A DNA stretch of 64,000 nucleotides. It comes from a bacterium. Lineage in GTDB: Bacteria; Actinomycetota; Acidimicrobiia; Spongiisociales; JAENVV01. The DNA lies in NCBI GenBank assembly GCA_024641305.1, contig JAHEDI010000004.1, forward strand, positions 2,126 through 66,125, given 5' to 3'. Shown piece after piece: positions 1 to 10,044 of the stretch. Within the stretch, counting starts at the first letter, position 1; every line of letters begins with the position of its first letter. The notes under the pieces were generated by a model. It searched no databases. It saw only the letters and a program-made list of their open reading frames with translations, and was not told where the DNA came from. A program made the position numbers and the translations under genes.

Positions 1-360
1 GCCGTCCGCTTGTAAGACATCGCAGTCGACTTGCACCATCGCCTCGCCCATTTTTTTCATGTTGACAACGGCCCGTAACGATCTCCCGATGAGGCGGGAG
101 ATCTCTTTGGAGCGGCCGCCTTCGTAGTTGTTACGTCGGATACGTTCACCCGAGGAACCCGGCAACATTCCGTATTCGGCCGTGACCCAGCCGGCGCCCG
201 AACCTTTCATCCATCTTGGCACCTCTGATTCGACGCCAGCCGTGCACAAGACCCGGGTCTCGCCCATCTCTATGAGCACCGAACCAGGGGTCATATTCGT
301 GAAGCCCCGCGTGATGCGAACTGCGCGTAACTCGTCGGCTGGTCTTTCACGTTGCGCCAT
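1..360 (-). CDS. rph: Ribonuclease PH, 5' part (runs off window start; not in ORF track)
   Basis: Manual translation from ATG 360: [20 protein letters not shown]...[16 protein letters not shown]...[11 protein letters not shown]...[14 protein letters not shown]...DCDVLQADG. Confidence 0.97.
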   Translation of the reverse strand, partial: MAQRERPADELRAVRITRGFTNMTPGSVLIEMGETRVLCTAGVESEVPRWMKGSGAGWVTAEYGMLPGSSGERIRRNNYEGGRSKEISRLIGRSLRAVVNMKKMGEAMVQVDCDVLQADG

Positions 361-1114
361 TGCTCTCCTTCAGATCGATGGTCAGTCCTGGGGTCGCCGC
401 AACGACGGAACCAGAAAAAGTTTCGGAGGCCTCTTCGACTGATTGCGCCGGATCGTTGGTTGGCCAGAGATGAGTCAGCACAAGACGGCCCACGGTGGCC
501 GCCGTTGCCAATTCACCGGCTTCCGATGCCGTCAAATGGTGGGGCCACGGTTTGTCAGCGCCCAAACCGAGATAGGAGGCTTCCGCAAGGAGGACCTCGG
601 AGCCGGCCGCCCACTCGGGCAGGTGGTCGGCCACCCCGGTGTCAGCCGTGTAGGCAATCGATCCTGCCTGATCAGTCAGCTTGACCGCCATCGTCGGAAC
701 CGGATGATTGGTTTGTGTGAAAAGAAGGTGAAGATCCTTGACGTTCACCTCCGTACCGAGGTCCACCCGGTTGAACGTGAGCGCTTCGAAGACCGCACTT
801 CCGGTCCGACCAATAAGCGCCTCAAGTCGCTTCGGAACCGAGGCGGGGGCGTACACCGCAATCGGGCCAAGGAGCGGACGCCCATATCGGCGAGAGTAGG
901 CGAAAGGCAGGACGTCGACGCAATGATCGACGTGTTCGTGGGTGATGATGATGGCGTCGAGGTCGGCCGGATCGACATATTCTTGAAGCGCCGCAAAGGT
1001 GCCCGTCCCACAATCGAGCCACACGGTCGCCTGCTCGGTTTGCACGAGATAGCCCGATGAGGGGCGACCGGGAGTCGGATAGGTGCCGTTACACCCGAGT
1101 ACTGTCAGACGCAT
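347..1114 (-). CDS. MBL-fold metallo-hydrolase (Rv1339/CpdA-like; RNase Z/cyclic-nucleotide phosphodiesterase-like)
   Basis: [36 protein letters not shown] motifs; conserved position upstream of rph. Confidence 0.9.
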   Translation of the reverse strand: MRLTVLGCNGTYPTPGRPSSGYLVQTEQATVWLDCGTGTFAALQEYVDPADLDAIIITHEHVDHCVDVLPFAYSRRYGRPLLGPIAVYAPASVPKRLEALIGRTGSAVFEALTFNRVDLGTEVNVKDLHLLFTQTNHPVPTMAVKLTDQAGSIAYTADTGVADHLPEWAAGSEVLLAEASYLGLGADKPWPHHLTASEAGELATAATVGRLVLTHLWPTNDPAQSVEEASETFSGSVVAATPGLTIDLKESNGAT

Positions 1115-1180
1115 CGGAGGGAGCTTAGGCCAGCAGTAAGCCCCCGGCCGGTATCAGCCGGTAGATTCCCGGCGATCTGG

Positions 1181-1576
1181 CTAGTCATCTATCTCGATCT
1201 CCAACTGCCGGGACCGCTTAGCGACGATCTCGAAGGCACCGACCGAGTCGTCGCTGATGACGAGGTAGAGCCAAGCAGGCGAAGGAGCCCTGGCTACATC
1301 GGTAGCCGACGGAACCCGAGTTCCGCGGGGGTGCGAGTGAAACACGCCGCCGATCTCCCAATCGTGCCGTTCAGCGTGGCGAGCGGCACCGTAGAACTCC
1401 GCCGGATCGATGGTGTACGACGAAGGGGACCTGTCGACGTTGCTGAGGCAATACACAAACCGGACCGACCCTGCGGGAGTTACCGCCAGGAGCCCGCACG
1501 CTTCACGTGGTGCTTCGTAGGTGGCGTGCTCCAGCATGGCGGTGAGCATGGGCTTGCGGACCCGGAGGGCCCTCAT
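1181..1576 (-). CDS. JAB/M67 metallopeptidase (Mec-like)
   Basis: EACGLL and HSHP...PSATD JAMM motif; ATG 1576 overlaps pdxH stop (ATGA). Confidence 0.9.
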   Translation of the reverse strand: MRALRVRKPMLTAMLEHATYEAPREACGLLAVTPAGSVRFVYCLSNVDRSPSSYTIDPAEFYGAARHAERHDWEIGGVFHSHPRGTRVPSATDVARAPSPAWLYLVISDDSVGAFEIVAKRSRQLEIEIDD

Positions 1577-2202
1577 GGGCTCAGACGTTGACAAACCCAA
1601 CCTGACTCCGTCAGTCGGTACACGATCCGATCGTGAAGCCGATTGACCTGGCCCTGCCAGAATTCAATCCGACGAGGGATCACTCGATACCCTCCCCAGG
1701 TCTCCGGCCGGGGTACCTGTTGACCTGCCCATCGAGACTCCTCAGTCTGATATCGAACTCTCAACACTTCCCGGCTCGCGATTACCTCCGATTGATCGCT
1801 TGCTCTGGCCGCCAACTGTGATCCACGCGGCCGACTCGCGAAGTATCGATCCGACTCCGCGACGTCCACTCTCTCGACACTTCCCGCCACCCGGACTTGC
1901 CGATGGAGCGATTGCCAGAGGAACACGAGAGTCGCCTCCGGCCGATCAGCCAACTGTTGGCCCTTGCCGCTGGCGTAATTTGTGAAGAACACGAATCCGG
2001 CGGGACCGTGTCCCTTCAATAACACGACTCTCGCATCGGGATTACCCGCCACATCAACGGTGGCGAGCGTCATCATGTTTGCTTCGGGAATACCTGCCTC
2101 GATTGCTTCCTGGAACCAGCCTGCAAACTGGTCAGAAGGGTCAACGGCGACATTGGCTTCCAACAATCCGTCGACGTCGTATTCGATCCGGGGGGGCTCC
2201 AT
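1573..2202 (-). CDS. pdxH: Pyridoxine/pyridoxamine 5'-phosphate oxidase
   Basis: MTLAT, RVVLLK, FFTNY.S.KG, RQVRV, YFASRPRGSQ, EFWQG..RLHDR; start trimmed to ATG 2202 (or GTG 2205). Confidence 0.95.
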   Translation of the reverse strand: MEPPRIEYDVDGLLEANVAVDPSDQFAGWFQEAIEAGIPEANMMTLATVDVAGNPDARVVLLKGHGPAGFVFFTNYASGKGQQLADRPEATLVFLWQSLHRQVRVAGSVERVDVAESDRYFASRPRGSQLAARASDQSEVIASREVLRVRYQTEESRWAGQQVPRPETWGGYRVIPRRIEFWQGQVNRLHDRIVYRLTESGWVCQRLSP

Positions 2203-2297
2203 CACGGATCCCGTACCGCGGCGGGAGGCCGAGCCGGCCCTACCGCCGGCTTCACGGCGTCGGGTCGGGCGTGAACGGTCTCGGCCAGGTACATCGG

Positions 2298-2957
2298 CTA
2301 GGTCAGGGGAACGATGTACTTCAAAACGACCACGAAGTGAAAGAGGGACCCGGCCACGACCAGGACGTGAAAGACCTCGTGGTAGGAGAAGATTCGGGGA
2401 AAGAGGCGCGGCCGCTTGGTTGCAAAGGCGACCATTCCAATCAAATAGGCAATTCCACCTGCCAGCAAGAACCCCACGCCAATGGGAGCAAGTCGTTCCG
2501 ACATGACCGGGAGCGGCACAACCGCGAAACACCCCATCGTCGTGGCCAGAGCAACCGGTAGCCAAACGCGGGCCCGATGGAACACGATCCGCTCAACCGT
2601 CCCGATGAGAAATGCCGACCAAACGATGACCAGGGTGGCGATCCTCCACCCGCCATCGAGCAGATTCACGGCGAACGGCGTAAACGAGCCGGCCACCAGT
2701 AAGAAGATCATGGAATGATCCACCCGCTGCATTCGGGCCTTCCAGCGTTCACCCCAAGGAATCGAGTGATATAACGCGCTCGTTGTGTACAAGGCAATCA
2801 ATGAAACCCCGAAGACGATCATCGAAACCATCCGGGGGCGGTTATTCACGGTCGACACGATAAGAACGACCAGACCACCCACCGAAGCCACCGCCGCCGA
2901 TCCATGGAGAAGGCCGCGTACGGGGTTCTGCATCAGGCCAAGTGTCATGCGTTGCAC
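2298..2957 (-). CDS. Hemolysin III / PAQR family membrane protein
   Basis: SALYH, DHSMIF..AGSFTP, HEVFH motifs; about 7 TM segments; start GTG 2957 (6 nt after TATGCT) or ATG 2948. Confidence 0.9.
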   Translation of the reverse strand: MQRMTLGLMQNPVRGLLHGSAAVASVGGLVVLIVSTVNNRPRMVSMIVFGVSLIALYTTSALYHSIPWGERWKARMQRVDHSMIFLLVAGSFTPFAVNLLDGGWRIATLVIVWSAFLIGTVERIVFHRARVWLPVALATTMGCFAVVPLPVMSERLAPIGVGFLLAGGIAYLIGMVAFATKRPRLFPRIFSYHEVFHVLVVAGSLFHFVVVLKYIVPLT

Positions 2958-2998
2958 AGGGTCAGCATATCGGTTTACAGGTCGTAGCATGGCGACCG

Positions 2999-3415
2999 AT
3001 GAAACCGGTACTACGAGGACTCACCAAACGATGCCCCCACTGCGGAGCGTCTGGCCTGTTCATCGGTTGGTGGACCATGCACAAACACTGTCCCGGTTGC
3101 GGTATGAAGTTCGAGCGAGATCAGGGCTACGGAACCGGAGCCATGATCGTGAATACGGCCGTGACAATTGGTACATTCCTGATCGTCTTCGTGGCCATCA
3201 TGGTCGTCACCTGGCCCGACGTTCCCTGGTCAACTGCGTTGATCGTTACGATGGTGATCAACACACTCATACCGATCGTTTTCTATCCATGGTCTAAAAC
3301 GATCTTTCTGGGGTTGGATCTCGCGGTCCGACCACTCGGAGCCGACGAACTGGCCAGGGCAACCGCCTGGCTTGCCCAAAACGATTCCCCGACCAACGGG
3401 ATCGACGCACGTTGA
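2999..3415 (+). CDS. DUF983-like zinc-ribbon membrane protein
   Basis: RCPHCG..GLF...CPGCG followed by 2 TM helices; TAGCAT 8 nt before ATG. Confidence 0.8.
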   Translation: MKPVLRGLTKRCPHCGASGLFIGWWTMHKHCPGCGMKFERDQGYGTGAMIVNTAVTIGTFLIVFVAIMVVTWPDVPWSTALIVTMVINTLIPIVFYPWSKTIFLGLDLAVRPLGADELARATAWLAQNDSPTNGIDAR

Positions 3416-3452
3416 CGGTCAGGACGTTCCTCGATATGAGCCATGGCCACCG

Positions 3453-3848
3453 GTGAGAGACACCCCTCACTTGAACGACGAACAGTTCGTGAGTCTTGAG
3501 ACGTTTCGTCGCGATGGGACGGCAGTCAAGACGCCGATTTGGTTCGCCCAGGAGGGCGACAAGTTATTCATGTGGACGGCCGCCAATTCTGGCAAAGTCA
3601 AGCGAATCGGCAACAACACCGGGGTGCGAGTCGCCGTGTGCACGCGATTTGGACGGGTCACCGGTGATTGGTTCGAGGCCCAAGCTTCGGTTGACGCCTC
3701 CCCTGCAGCCGTGCAACGGGTCGAAAACCTGTTAAAGGTGAAACTCGGCTTCTGGTTCACGCTGTTCCAGCGTATCGATGGGATCCGGGACAACCGGAAT
3801 GGCTCAAGCCGGGTTTGCCTCACGGTCTCGTTTGCGAAAAGTTCCTAG
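3453..3848 (+). CDS. PPOX-class F420-dependent oxidoreductase
   Basis: SLETFRRDG..VKTPIWF, SGKVKRI..N..V.VA.C..G; start uncertain. Confidence 0.88.
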   Translation: MRDTPHLNDEQFVSLETFRRDGTAVKTPIWFAQEGDKLFMWTAANSGKVKRIGNNTGVRVAVCTRFGRVTGDWFEAQASVDASPAAVQRVENLLKVKLGFWFTLFQRIDGIRDNRNGSSRVCLTVSFAKSS

Positions 3849-3887
3849 CTACCTGACCCGCAGCATCCAACTATGTCTTCGCCACCT

Positions 3888-5090
3888 CTAGCGACGGCGA
3901 CGCTTGCGCAGGGGGTTGACGACGACCTGCTCGTAGGGCGGCGGTTGAAACGCCTCAAGATCTTTCAGCCGTGGATCGTTTGAGAACATCTTGACGACGG
4001 TCGACAGAACCTCGGCTTCCTTCTGAAGCGTCCGGACCTCTGTCATCTGATTCCATTCGACAAACGTGACAACCAATCCCGAACCTCCGGCGCGTGCGGT
4101 TCGCCCCGAGCGGTGGAGGTAGGTCTTATAGTCCTTGGGCAAGTCGTAGTGAATCACAATGTCCACACCTTCGATATGCAGGCCCCGAGCAGCCACGTTC
4201 GTCGCCACGAGCACCTTGGTCTTGCCCTCGGCAAACGACGCCAGAACCCGCTCTCGCTTCGATTGAGGCAGATCGCCGTGAAGGGCTTTGGCCGATACGC
4301 CCTCGGCGCTTATTTGTTCAGCAGCTTTGTCACAACCACGCTTGGTATGGACGAAAACAAGAATCCGGGTGGCGTTTTCAGCAATGGCGGCAACTGCTTT
4401 GGGTTTGTCGAGATAGTGCACCTCGATGAACCGGTGCTCCATGGTGTCCACGGTCACCGTGTCAGATTCAACCTCGTGATAGACAGGTTCTTTGAGGTGT
4501 CGTTTGACCAAACGGTCCACGGCTCCGTCCAGGGTCGCCGAAAAAAGCAGCGTTTGGTGATCGCCCTCCATCTGGCGGACGATGACGTCTACCTGAGGCA
4601 AGAAGCCCATATCGGCCATCTGATCGGCCTCGTCAAGACACACCATCTGAACGTCGGCCACCGATACATCGCCCCGCTCCAGGAAATCGATCAACCGACC
4701 AGGGGTCGCAACCACAATGTCGGCCGTGGCGAGTTCGGTCCGCTGGTCGCTCATGGAGGCACCGCCGTACACGGCCACCACATGAAGACCGTAAGAGTGG
4801 CCCAGGAACCTCAGCTCTTCGGCCACCTGCAAACACAATTCGCGGGTCGGGACGAGTACCACGCCGCGGGGGCGTCGCTTGATGGCGGACGTGAGTTTCA
4901 TGACCATTGGTAGCCCGAAGGCGAGGGTCTTGCCCGAACCCGTCTTGGCTTTGCCGCAGACATCGACACCCGAGAGCGCGTCCGGGATGGTCATGGTCTG
5001 AACAGGAAAAGGAGTGGTAATACCCCGGCTGGCCAATTCGGCAACGAGCGTGTCGGACACACCGAGGTCCGCGAAAGAAGTTTGAGTCAT
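3888..5090 (-). CDS. DEAD-box RNA helicase
   Basis: Q motif, TGSGKT, PTREL, TPGR, DEAD, SAT, ARGL, HRSGRTAR. Confidence 0.97.
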   Translation of the reverse strand: MTQTSFADLGVSDTLVAELASRGITTPFPVQTMTIPDALSGVDVCGKAKTGSGKTLAFGLPMVMKLTSAIKRRPRGVVLVPTRELCLQVAEELRFLGHSYGLHVVAVYGGASMSDQRTELATADIVVATPGRLIDFLERGDVSVADVQMVCLDEADQMADMGFLPQVDVIVRQMEGDHQTLLFSATLDGAVDRLVKRHLKEPVYHEVESDTVTVDTMEHRFIEVHYLDKPKAVAAIAENATRILVFVHTKRGCDKAAEQISAEGVSAKALHGDLPQSKRERVLASFAEGKTKVLVATNVAARGLHIEGVDIVIHYDLPKDYKTYLHRSGRTARAGGSGLVVTFVEWNQMTEVRTLQKEAEVLSTVVKMFSNDPRLKDLEAFQPPPYEQVVVNPLRKRRRR

Positions 5091-5145
5091 CGGGAATAAA
5101 CGATAGCGTCATTCCTGTACCCCCCCGCCGTACCATGGTGAATCG

Positions 5146-7038
5146 ATGTCTCTTGACGAAACCCTCGATGCCCTAGCAACCGTCGTCGCCGCCAAGCCTG
5201 GCGGCTTGCACCGCGAAGGCCAGGCCCAAATGGCCGGAGCCGTTGCGGCGGCCATGGCCAATCGGCGGCACTTGCTTGTCGAGGCCGGAACCGGCACCGG
5301 CAAGTCATTCGCATACATCGTTCCGGCAGTCGTCTCTGGCCAAAAAGTCGTGATCTCGACCGCCACGAAGAGCCTCCAGGATCAGCTCGACCGTCGCGAC
5401 GTTCCCTTCATTGCAGAGGCGTTGGCAGCCGGCTTCCCGGTCACCTGGCAGACCGTCAAAGGAAGAGCCTCGTACGTCTGCAAAGCCCGTCTCATCGAAC
5501 ATACCGACATCGTGGCCCAAGACCTGTTCAGCGAGCCGAAGGTCGAAGACCGATACTCCCAGATCGCCGATTGGGCGACCGACCATCCAACCGGCGACCG
5601 CGACGATCTGCCGTTCTCGGTGGATGACGACACCTGGGCAACCGTGTCGGTTTCGGGCACCGAATGCCCCGGACGCGACAACTGTCCAATGGGCACAACC
5701 TGTTTCGCCATGCAAGCCCTCGACCGGGCCGAGGACGCCGACCTCGTCATCGTCAACCATCATCTGTACGGGACCCACCTCATGTCCGATCGGGGGGTCT
5801 TACCGGACCATCAGGTCGTGATCTTCGACGAGGGGCATCGACTCGAAGATACGTTCGCGTCGGCATTCGGCTTTGAAATCGCTCCGTGGCGCTTCCGACA
5901 ATTGGAACGCGCCTCACGATATTTGCGGGGTGTCGCAGGAACCAAGGCCACCGAGACCCTCCTGGAAGACCTGTCTCTGGCCGGGGAGGGGGTCGAAGAC
6001 GCCCTCGGCCATTTTGATGGAACCAGGGTTGCGGTGCCTTCTGACTTGAAGATTCCATTCGAAGCCGCCGCCAGGGTGGTCGCCAAGGTTCGCAAATTGG
6101 CTGAGAAGACCCCCGCCCCAACCCAATCCCAGGAAGGTGCCAAAGCGCGACTGGTCCGGTTGGCCGGTCACATGGAAGCCGACCTTGGCCTTGGCCACCA
6201 ACTACCCGATGGGTATGTCGGCTGGGTCGACCGAAGGTCATACAACGTGGCGCCGATCCACGTCGGCAAACAACTGGCTGACCTCTTGTTACACGACACC
6301 ACGGTGATCGTTACCAGCGCCACCCTCACCACCGGAGGGTCACTGCTTCCGCTGGCCAGCGCACTCGGATTCGAGCCAGACGAGACGACCGGACTACGGG
6401 CTCCGTCGCCATTCGATTTCGAGAAACAGGGCCGCATCTACGTGGCGAGTCACCTGCCAGAACCAAACGCCGAGGGATTCGGCGAGGCGGCCTCAGACGA
6501 AATCGTCCGGCTTGTCACGGCGGCGGGCGGCCGATCATTGATCCTCACCACCTCCTATCGGAACCTGGAACGCTTTTCCGAAGCGCTGCTCGGACTCGAC
6601 GAATTCGCCATTTTCACCCAGGGAGACCTCCCCAAACGACAACTGCTCGAAAAATTCGAAGCGGACGAGACATCGGTACTCGTGGCAACCATGGGATTCT
6701 GGGAGGGTGTCGATGTCGTCGGCCGATCGCTTGAGCTCGTGGTCCTTGATCGACTCCCCTTTCCCCGACCAAACGACCCCCTATGGGAGGCCCGCCGGGA
6801 AGCCGCAGAACTAAGCAGACAGAATCCCTTCATGACGGTCGATCTTCCCCGGGCCGCCATGCTGACCGCTCAAGGAGCCGGCCGACTCATTCGCAGCACA
6901 ACCGATCGTGGCGTCGTCGCACTCCTCGATTCTCGGGTCGCCACCCGACGGTACGGTCGGACAATTCTCAACACGCTGCCGCCGATGCCCGTCCTCACCG
7001 ACCTGCGACTCGTCGAGGAATTCCTCGCCCAGCACTGA
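5146..7038 (+). CDS. DinG/YoaA-family Fe-S DNA helicase
   Basis: EAGTGTGKS, KGR..Y.C, three further Fe-S Cys, DEGH, SAT, FWEGVD, QGAGRLIR. Confidence 0.95.
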   Translation: MSLDETLDALATVVAAKPGGLHREGQAQMAGAVAAAMANRRHLLVEAGTGTGKSFAYIVPAVVSGQKVVISTATKSLQDQLDRRDVPFIAEALAAGFPVTWQTVKGRASYVCKARLIEHTDIVAQDLFSEPKVEDRYSQIADWATDHPTGDRDDLPFSVDDDTWATVSVSGTECPGRDNCPMGTTCFAMQALDRAEDADLVIVNHHLYGTHLMSDRGVLPDHQVVIFDEGHRLEDTFASAFGFEIAPWRFRQLERASRYLRGVAGTKATETLLEDLSLAGEGVEDALGHFDGTRVAVPSDLKIPFEAAARVVAKVRKLAEKTPAPTQSQEGAKARLVRLAGHMEADLGLGHQLPDGYVGWVDRRSYNVAPIHVGKQLADLLLHDTTVIVTSATLTTGGSLLPLASALGFEPDETTGLRAPSPFDFEKQGRIYVASHLPEPNAEGFGEAASDEIVRLVTAAGGRSLILTTSYRNLERFSEALLGLDEFAIFTQGDLPKRQLLEKFEADETSVLVATMGFWEGVDVVGRSLELVVLDRLPFPRPNDPLWEARREAAELSRQNPFMTVDLPRAAMLTAQGAGRLIRSTTDRGVVALLDSRVATRRYGRTILNTLPPMPVLTDLRLVEEFLAQH

Positions 7039-7055
7039 CGCTACGCTGTTCGACC

Positions 7056-8732
7056 ATGGCAAAAGAGTTCATTTACACGATGATGCGGGTCTCCCGCCAC
7101 CATCCCCCCGACCGCACCGTCCTCAAGGATGTCACCCTGGCCTTCTACCCTGGCGCCAAGATCGGGGTCATTGGCCACAACGGGTCCGGGAAGTCGTCGC
7201 TGCTGCGGATCATGGCCGGCCAGGACGACGGGTACACCGGGGAGGCCAAACTGACAGACGGGTTCACGGTGGGCTACCTCCCCCAAGAACCCCAACTCGA
7301 CCCTGACAAGAACGTGCTCGACAACATCATGGACGGCGTGGCCGAAACTCAGTCGCTCATCGATCGCTACAACGAGGTGTTGGCTGGGTGGGCCGACCCT
7401 GACGCCGACTACGAGCTCCTCGGGAAGCAGCAGGCCGATCTCGAAGGCAAAATCGAGGCCGCCAACGCCTGGGATCTTGATCGACATGTCGCCATCGCCA
7501 TGGATGCCCTGCGCGTTCCACCCGCCGACGCCGACGTCACCACCTTGTCAGGTGGCGAACGACGCCGGGTTGCGCTCTGTCAGCTGCTTTTGTCCCACCC
7601 CGACCTGTTGCTCCTCGATGAGCCAACCAACCACCTCGACGCCGAGTCGGTTGCCTGGCTGGAACGGTTCCTGGCGGATTACACGGGAACGGTCATGGCG
7701 GTAACCCACGATCGTTATTTCCTGGACAACGTGGCCGGTTGGATCCTGGAACTCGACAACGGCAACACGTATCCATACGAAGGCAACTACTCCGGATGGC
7801 TTGAACAGAAACAGGCCAGGCTCGCCCAAGAGGAGAAACAGGTCTCGTCTCGCCAGGCCACCCTGGCCAGGGAACTGGCCTGGGTTCGCCTGTCACCGCG
7901 AGCCAGGCAGGCCAAATCCAAAGCCCGCCTGAGTGCTTATGAGGACCTCCTCGCCGAGTCGAAGGCAGATCAGGCTTCCAAAAAGGGGCTCGAACTAACC
8001 ATCCCGATGACCAAGCGCCTCGGCAACACGGTTATCGAAGCGAATGGACTCCGTAAAGGATACGGAGACAAACTACTGATCGAAGATCTGACATTTATGC
8101 TCCCTCCGGCCGGCATCGTTGGCGTTATCGGCGCCAACGGAGCGGGAAAGACAACGCTATTTCGCATGATTACCGGTCAGGAGCAACCCGACGGCGGTGA
8201 GCTCACGGTCGGCGAGACGGTCGATCTCGCGTACGTTGATCAGTCACGAGACACGCTCGACCCGAACCTCACGGTGTACCAGCAAATCACCGATGGCAAG
8301 GACATCATTACCATCGGCGGCCGGGAAATGAACGGACGCGCCTACGTTGCGTCGTTCAACTTCAAAGGGTCCGATCAGCAGCAGAAAGTCAGTGAGTTGT
8401 CTGGCGGCGAACGCAACCGGGTTCACCTGGCGCGGATGCTCAAGACGGGTGGCAACGTGCTCTTGCTCGACGAGCCAACCAACGACCTCGACGTCGACAC
8501 ATTGCGCGCTTTGGAAGATGCGCTTGAATCGTTCCCCGGCTGTGCCGTAGTCATCACCCATGACCGCTGGTTCCTCGACCGAATCGCCACCCACGTCCTC
8601 GCCTTTGAGGGTGATTCCGTGGTCCGCTGGTTCGAGGGCGGCTTCACCGAATATGAAGATCGCCGCCATGAAGAACTCGGAGCGGCCGCCGATCAGCCAC
8701 ATCGCATCAAGTACAAGCCGCTCGCTCGCTAA
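7056..8732 (+). CDS. ettA: Energy-dependent translational throttle ABC-F ATPase (558 aa)
   Basis: MAKEFIYTM start; FYPGAKIGV; two ABC domains with LSGGE; RQAKSKAR linker; RIKYKPL end. Confidence 0.96.
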   Translation: MAKEFIYTMMRVSRHHPPDRTVLKDVTLAFYPGAKIGVIGHNGSGKSSLLRIMAGQDDGYTGEAKLTDGFTVGYLPQEPQLDPDKNVLDNIMDGVAETQSLIDRYNEVLAGWADPDADYELLGKQQADLEGKIEAANAWDLDRHVAIAMDALRVPPADADVTTLSGGERRRVALCQLLLSHPDLLLLDEPTNHLDAESVAWLERFLADYTGTVMAVTHDRYFLDNVAGWILELDNGNTYPYEGNYSGWLEQKQARLAQEEKQVSSRQATLARELAWVRLSPRARQAKSKARLSAYEDLLAESKADQASKKGLELTIPMTKRLGNTVIEANGLRKGYGDKLLIEDLTFMLPPAGIVGVIGANGAGKTTLFRMITGQEQPDGGELTVGETVDLAYVDQSRDTLDPNLTVYQQITDGKDIITIGGREMNGRAYVASFNFKGSDQQQKVSELSGGERNRVHLARMLKTGGNVLLLDEPTNDLDVDTLRALEDALESFPGCAVVITHDRWFLDRIATHVLAFEGDSVVRWFEGGFTEYEDRRHEELGAAADQPHRIKYKPLAR

Positions 8733-8799
8733 TCAACGCCCCCGTCCTCCAACTCGTGGGCTGACGGTTCGCAATAAGTGGTCCCGGCGCTCAGGCGAC

Positions 8800-9963
8800 T
8801 CAGTCCTCTTCGACGTCCTCGCGACGGATCCCCAGGACGAACAAGATGGCATCGAGGTACGGGACACTTACCGACGTGTCGGCTGCCTCCTGAACGATCG
8901 GTTTTGCGTTGAACGCCACTCCGAGGCCGGCCGTGGCGAGCATGTCAAGATCGTTGGCCCCATCGCCCACCGCCACAGTCTGTTCAAGCGGGACCCCTTC
9001 TCGATTGGCGAGTTCAACGAGTAACTCAGCCTTGCGCTTTCGATCGACGATTGGCCCGATTAGCTGGCCGGTAAGCACGCCATCGAGGATCTCCAATTCG
9101 TTGGCGAAGACGTGGTCGATTCCGAGTTCGGCGCCCACCTTGTCAACGAAGAACTGAAAGCCCCCAGAAACCGCAGCCGTGGTGTACCCGAGGCGGCGAA
9201 GCGTCCTGACGAATGTTCGCGCCCCAGGCGTCAGGCGAACTTTGGCTTGCGCCCGGTCGAGGGCAGCCTGATCCAATCCAGCGAGCAGGGCTACCCGAAG
9301 CCGGAGAGATTCGGTGAAATCGAGTTCACCCGCCATGGCACTAGCCGTGATGGCGACCACCTCGTGCTGAACGCCGGCCTCGTCGGCCAGCAGATCGATA
9401 ATCTCATCCTGGATGAGGGTGGAGTCGACATCGAGAAAGACAAGGCGTTTGGCACGACGACCCAGCCCTTCACGCTGAATGGCCACGTCGACCCCGTGGT
9501 GGGCCGAGGACTGCAATAGACGGGACCGCATGTCTCCGGCGTCGCCGCCCGAGACTATGAGTTCATAGCTGAAGACCGGCGTTCGTGATAGTTGGGCGAT
9601 CCGGTCGATATTGCCCCCACCGCCGGCAATGGCGTCGGCCACGCCGGCCAAGGCCGCCGCGGACAATTCACGCCCGAGAACGGTTACTGCATGACGTATG
9701 GGACTCGGGGGCGTGCTGACCTCCGCTTCGACGACCTCGAACTCAATCGCCATCGACTTCTGCCAGCCGTAGTAGAGCAGGTCTTTGACCGTTGAGGCAC
9801 TCTCGGGGATGTCAACGAGCAAACTCAGGTTGAGCCGATCGTGGACCACGGTCTGTTCCATATCCAGAACGTCGGCACCGGCCGACGCCAGGATCTCCAA
9901 CAACCCGAACGTGATTCCGGGTCGATCGGTACCGGTTACATGAACAAGGATCGACTTCGACAT
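8800..9963 (-). CDS. serB: Phosphoserine phosphatase with two ACT domains
   Basis: GTDRPG ACT domain; DVDST, SGGF and GDGANDL HAD motifs. Confidence 0.95.
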   Translation of the reverse strand: MSKSILVHVTGTDRPGITFGLLEILASAGADVLDMEQTVVHDRLNLSLLVDIPESASTVKDLLYYGWQKSMAIEFEVVEAEVSTPPSPIRHAVTVLGRELSAAALAGVADAIAGGGGNIDRIAQLSRTPVFSYELIVSGGDAGDMRSRLLQSSAHHGVDVAIQREGLGRRAKRLVFLDVDSTLIQDEIIDLLADEAGVQHEVVAITASAMAGELDFTESLRLRVALLAGLDQAALDRAQAKVRLTPGARTFVRTLRRLGYTTAAVSGGFQFFVDKVGAELGIDHVFANELEILDGVLTGQLIGPIVDRKRKAELLVELANREGVPLEQTVAVGDGANDLDMLATAGLGVAFNAKPIVQEAADTSVSVPYLDAILFVLGIRREDVEED

Positions 9964-10044
9964 TCCGCCAGGCTAGTGCGCAAGTCTGTAGGCTCAGACC
10001 CGCTCTGGCACCCGGGCGAGCGGGCCGATCCGAATTGCGAGTTC

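Noticed and set aside
2203-2565. N-terminal extensions in the ORF track (pdxH, ettA, manB, GT-C, accD, trm112)
   Set aside because: They overlap neighbouring genes and lack family similarity; downstream starts give canonical lengths
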